Assembly: GCF_004365815.1 (NCBI RefSeq)
Contig: NZ_SODD01000066.1
Coordinates: 1 to 8,594 of the forward strand
Direction of reading: 5' to 3'
Origin: Breznakia blatticola
Lineage (GTDB): Bacteria; Bacillota_I; Bacilli_A; Erysipelotrichales; Erysipelotrichaceae
Length of the DNA stretch: 8,594 nt
Shown here in pieces: positions 5,945 to 8,594 of the stretch. The translations under genes were made by a program, and so were the position numbers. Below the pieces are notes generated by a model that had not been told where the DNA came from, did not search any database, and saw only the letters and a program-made list of their open reading frames with translations. Each line of letters begins with the position of its first letter. The stretch's first letter is position 1.

Positions 5945-6465
5945 CTATCTTCCTCGTAATCTTTCAAACATAATACATACATTACAATATCATGCACGTT
6001 ACCACTTGCATCTTTGTATGCATGTACCAATGTTCCTTCTTTTTTGAAACCTAGCTTTTCAATCACGCGTCTACTTCTTGTGTTTTCGACAAAGTGATTG
6101 ATACTCACATATGGTTCTTTATCTTCTAAAAACAAGCGATCCAATACCAATCGTGAAGCTTCTGGCACATATCCATTACCCCAATAGTCTTTACCAATCC
6201 AATATCCTAGATTTTTCATTGGTGCTGTACGAAGTGGATCTTGTTGAATTCCAAAACAGCCAATTAGCGTATCATCATCTTGTAAGAAGATTCCAAAACT
6301 GTTTTCGTTGATAAGAATTTTGTCTAATACTTCTTTTGTTTCCTCAATCGATGCATGTGGTTTCCATCCAGCATGGATTCCAACATCTGGATGACTTGCT
6401 ATTGCAAATAGTGCCTCTGCATCATCAAGTGTTAAATTTCTAAGATAAATACGCTCGCCTTTCAT
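5941..6465 (-). CDS. GNAT-family N-acetyltransferase, RimJ/RimL/YdaF-like (Acetyltransf_3 type), 174 aa
   Basis: Typical N-terminus (ERIYLRNLTLDDAEALF) and the motif A region GYWIGKDYWGNGY...EA, followed by N.RS.RV.EKLGF..EG. The ATG (6465-6463) overlaps the gltX TAA (6467-6465) as TAATG. Only a weak SD (AGGG) is present. Confidence 0.9.
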   Translation of the reverse strand: MKGERIYLRNLTLDDAEALFAIASHPDVGIHAGWKPHASIEETKEVLDKILINENSFGIFLQDDDTLIGCFGIQQDPLRTAPMKNLGYWIGKDYWGNGYVPEASRLVLDRLFLEDKEPYVSINHFVENTRSRRVIEKLGFKKEGTLVHAYKDASGNVHDIVMYVLCLKDYEEDR

Positions 6466-7904
6466 TAGATTTGCCCTAAACGTGCAAGCACTTTATCCTT
6501 TCCTAACAACGTCACAGTTTGCGTTAAATCTGGTCCGTGTTCTTGTGCTGTAATCGCAACACGTAACCCCATAAACAACGGTTTCCCTTTAATTCCCGTC
6601 GCTTTTTGCGTCGCTTTAATTGCAGCTTTTACATTTTCAGCTGTCCAGTCTTCGATTGCTTCAAGTTGTTCAGCAAATCCTTTTACAACTGTTGGTGTTG
6701 TTTCCCAAGACATTACTTCTTTGCCTTGTTCGTCTAATGTATAGTCGTCCTTAAAGAATAAACTAACAAGTTCAACGATTTCTTTCCCATATGACATTTG
6801 ATCATGATATAAACCAATCAAGTCGTGAATCCAAGCATCACTTTTTCCACTTAAGTCATATGCTTCTTCTAGATATGGTTTGCACATTGCAACCACTTCA
6901 TCTAAATCTTTGGCTTTCATATAACGGTTATTTATCCATGTAAGTTTGTTTTTATCAAACATACTTGGACTTTTACTTAAACGTTTTTCATCAAAGATTT
7001 TAATTAATTCTTCTTTAGAGAAGATTTCTTCTTCTCCTTCTGGTGACCAACCAAGTAATGCTAAGAAGTTAAACATCGCTTCAGGCAAGTATCCTTCTTC
7101 TTCGTATTGTGATACAAATTGCATAACATTTTGATCACGTTTACTTAATTTCTTATGGTTTTCATTAACGATAATTGTCATGTGTCCATAAAGTGGTGGT
7201 TGCCATCCTAACATATCAAATAACATCAATTGTTTTGGTGTATTTGAAATATGTTCTTCCCCACGGAATACATTGGTAATTTCCATACGGTGATCATCAA
7301 CTACAACTGCAAAGTTGTATGTTGGAATTCCATTACTTTTTACAATTACCCAGTCTCCGATATCTTTTGATTCAAAGCTTACTTCGCCACGAATCATATC
7401 ATTGAATGTATATGTTTTTCCTTCAGGTACACGTAGACGAATCGTATATGGACGTCCTTCTTCTTCGTATTTCTTAATTGCTTCATCACTTAAGTTACGG
7501 CAGTGTCCATTGTACATTGGTGCAACACCTGCTGCTTCTTGACGTTCTTTTTCTTCAGCTAATTCTTCAGGTGTACAGTAACATCTGTATGCATGTCCTT
7601 TTTCAATTAACTCTTCAACAATTTTGTCATAAATATCAAGAGCTTCCATTTGACGATATGGTCCATATTGTTCTTTTGGGTTGAATGGACTTTCGTCAGG
7701 AACAATTCCTAACCAAGCAAGATTTTTCAGTTGAGATTCTTCTCCACCTTCAATATTTCTTGCGATATCTGTATCTTCCAAACGGAAGACAAAATCTCCA
7801 TCATAATGTTTTGCATATAGGTAGTTAAATAATGCAGTTCTTGCATTTCCTATATGTAAGTGTCCAGTTGGACTTGGCGCATAGCGCACACGTACTCTAC
7901 TCAT
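6465..7904 (-). CDS. gltX: Glutamate--tRNA ligase (glutamyl-tRNA synthetase), 479 aa
   Basis: Class I signatures: [25 protein letters not shown] (HIGH) and HKKLSKRD (KMSKS), plus the Cys/His cluster RCYC...GHC. The start is placed at the ATG at 7904 (MSRVRVRY...), 8 nt after GGAG. The ORF track's 8000 start adds 32 non-homologous residues that overlap ispF. Confidence 0.95.
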   Translation of the reverse strand: MSRVRVRYAPSPTGHLHIGNARTALFNYLYAKHYDGDFVFRLEDTDIARNIEGGEESQLKNLAWLGIVPDESPFNPKEQYGPYRQMEALDIYDKIVEELIEKGHAYRCYCTPEELAEEKERQEAAGVAPMYNGHCRNLSDEAIKKYEEEGRPYTIRLRVPEGKTYTFNDMIRGEVSFESKDIGDWVIVKSNGIPTYNFAVVVDDHRMEITNVFRGEEHISNTPKQLMLFDMLGWQPPLYGHMTIIVNENHKKLSKRDQNVMQFVSQYEEEGYLPEAMFNFLALLGWSPEGEEEIFSKEELIKIFDEKRLSKSPSMFDKNKLTWINNRYMKAKDLDEVVAMCKPYLEEAYDLSGKSDAWIHDLIGLYHDQMSYGKEIVELVSLFFKDDYTLDEQGKEVMSWETTPTVVKGFAEQLEAIEDWTAENVKAAIKATQKATGIKGKPLFMGLRVAITAQEHGPDLTQTVTLLGKDKVLARLGQI

Positions 7905-8385
7905 TTTCATTTCTCCTTTGTAATAAAACAATCGCTTGGGCAAGAACTCCTTCTTGTCTTCCCACAAAACCGACTTTTTCGCCTCTTGTTGCTTTGACAT
8001 TCACCTGACTTTCATCACAGTGAAGTGCCCGAGCAAGATTTTCTTTCATTTGTGCATTATAGGGTGCCATCTTTGGTTTTTCAATCATAATTAAACTATC
8101 GACATTACCAATTTGGTAATTACGATCTTCCATCATTTTCACCACATCTGCAAGAATATCTAATGAGCATCGATTCTCATTTTCTTTTGCAGTATCACTA
8201 AAATGTGTACCTAAATCACGTAAGGCAAGTGCACCTAAAATTGCTTCAGCAATTGCATGAACAAGTGCATCACCATCAGAATGTGCATCCACAGCAAAGG
8301 GTGCTTCAATTTTCACTCCACCAAGTACGATATGATCACCTTCAATAAAACGATGAACATCACTTGATTGTCCAATTCTAAACAT
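7897..8385 (-). CDS. ispF: 2-C-methyl-D-erythritol 2,4-cyclodiphosphate synthase (MEP pathway), 162 aa
   Basis: [13 protein letters not shown] (Asp/His metal ligands), [21 protein letters not shown] and [17 protein letters not shown] are hallmark IspF blocks. The ATG at 8385 follows GGAGG with 6-nt spacing. The 3' end overlaps the gltX start by 8 nt, and the gltX RBS lies inside the ispF tail (QRRNENE). Confidence 0.95.
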   Translation of the reverse strand: MFRIGQSSDVHRFIEGDHIVLGGVKIEAPFAVDAHSDGDALVHAIAEAILGALALRDLGTHFSDTAKENENRCSLDILADVVKMMEDRNYQIGNVDSLIMIEKPKMAPYNAQMKENLARALHCDESQVNVKATRGEKVGFVGRQEGVLAQAIVLLQRRNENE

Positions 8386-8413
8386 CGCAACCCTCCTTTT
8401 TTCAAGCATAACT

Positions 8414-8422
8414 ATTATAGCA
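8414..8422 (-). promoter_or_regulatory. Candidate extended -10 promoter (TGcTATAAT) for the ispF-gltX-GNAT-lipoprotein operon
   Basis: On the - strand, TG (8422-8421) c TATAAT (8419-8414) is a consensus -10 with a TG extension. The -35 at 17-nt spacing is weak (TTTAAG). It lies about 28 nt upstream of the ispF ATG and downstream of a terminator. Confidence 0.45.
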
Positions 8423-8503
8423 CGGTACTCAAATCGCTTAAAGTAAAATCAAGTGTACTTTATATCCCTTAATTTTTACTTAAATTCATAATTTATTGCA
8501 CAT

Positions 8504-8536
8504 AAAAAGTAGGCGACTGAATTACTTCAATCGCCC
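8504..8536 (-). terminator. Rho-independent terminator ending whatever is transcribed from beyond the right edge
   Basis: On the - strand: GGGCGAUUGAA (8536-8526), GUAA loop (8525-8522), UUCAGUCGCCU (8521-8511; 9 Watson-Crick plus 2 G-U pairs), AC, then UUUUU (8508-8504). Confidence 0.65.
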
Positions 8537-8540
8537 CTTA

Positions 8541-8594
8541 TCAAACCGTACGTACGCTACTAACGTATACGGCTTTCCAACATGTTTCGACAGT
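8541..8594 (-). other. 3' end of an unidentified upstream gene (partial CDS) or structured RNA, truncated by the window edge
   Basis: Two - strand frames stay open from the edge. One reads ...TVETCWKAVYVSSVRTV* (TGA 8543-8541, then TAA). The other reads ...LSKHVGKPYTLVAYVRFDKGRLK* (TAA 8524-8522, in the terminator loop). The segment is too short to choose a frame or assign a family. It contains the GC-rich palindrome CGTACGTACG. Confidence 0.25.

Noticed and set aside
5941-6465. GNAT as a TacT/AtaT-type tRNA-acetylating toxin of a toxin-antitoxin pair
   Set aside because: There is no small RHH/DUF1778 antitoxin gene adjacent, since the neighbours are gltX and a lipoprotein. The sequence also looks like the RimJ/RimL/YdaF (Acetyltransf_3) type rather than the toxin clade. 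The tRNA-related idea is retained only as a low-probability hypothesis in the operon finding.
1025-7684. Eleven 62-93 aa ORFs antisense to, and fully nested in, annotated genes (1025-1228+, 1514-1795+, 3528-3728+, 3574-3849+, 4068-4265-, 5409-5627+, 5743-5934+, 6111-6311+, 6946-7134+, 7315-7542+, 7478-7684+)
   Set aside because: All lie entirely inside strongly supported genes on the opposite strand. They lack SD sequences and have low-complexity, Ser/Leu/Phe/Cys-rich compositions typical of antisense frames. None has a recognisable motif.
7905-8000. Possible T-box or other leader upstream of gltX
   Set aside because: gltX starts inside the 3' end of ispF (8-nt overlap), leaving no room for a leader. 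No T-box consensus (AGGGUGGNACCGCG-like) is seen anywhere in the window.
53-8409. Longer N-terminal extensions offered by the ORF track (53 TTG, 301, 2394, 3967, 8000, 8409)
   Set aside because: In each case an internal ATG has a well-spaced GGAG-type RBS, or a TAATG coupling junction, and marks where family-conserved sequence begins. The extensions overlap neighbouring genes or putative promoters and have no homology-like content.
1-8594. CRISPR arrays, tandem or long direct repeats, IS elements, tRNA or rRNA genes
   Set aside because: Reading both strands, I found no regularly spaced repeats, no terminal inverted repeats flanking an ORF, no transposase or integrase-like ORF and no tRNA cloverleaf-like or rRNA-like segments. 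Intergenic regions are short and are explained by promoters and terminators.

Overview
AT-rich window with strong GGAG-type Shine-Dalgarno sites and several TGnTAxxAT extended -10 boxes, consistent with a low-GC Bacillota chromosome (taxon by inference only). It holds ten well-supported CDSs and a possible gene or RNA 3' end at the right edge. On the + strand: a small 3-TM membrane protein translationally coupled (TAATG) to a 68-aa XRE-type HTH regulator, and a Gfo/Idh/MocA oxidoreductase. On the - strand: FMN-dependent NADH-azoreductase (AzoR-like); a TDT/TehA-family transporter; a YwfO/EF1143/SAMHD1-like HD-domain phosphohydrolase whose 3' end overlaps a 79-aa unknown protein by 23 nt; and a tightly overlapped four-gene string, ispF - gltX - GNAT acetyltransferase - acidic lipoprotein. 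Two convergent gene pairs share clean bidirectional rho-independent terminators. I see no rRNA, tRNA, CRISPR array, transposase, integrase, long repeat or recognisable defence or toxin module. Most of the window is ordinary housekeeping or accessory-metabolic chromosome. The items most worth follow-up are modest. They are the HD hydrolase plus overlapping small protein pair, the GNAT and lipoprotein genes joined by stop/start overlaps onto the ispF-gltX core, the membrane-protein/XRE pair with upstream palindromes, and a structured GC-rich palindromic segment before a terminator at the right edge. All family assignments rest on motifs I recognise by eye, since no database search was possible.
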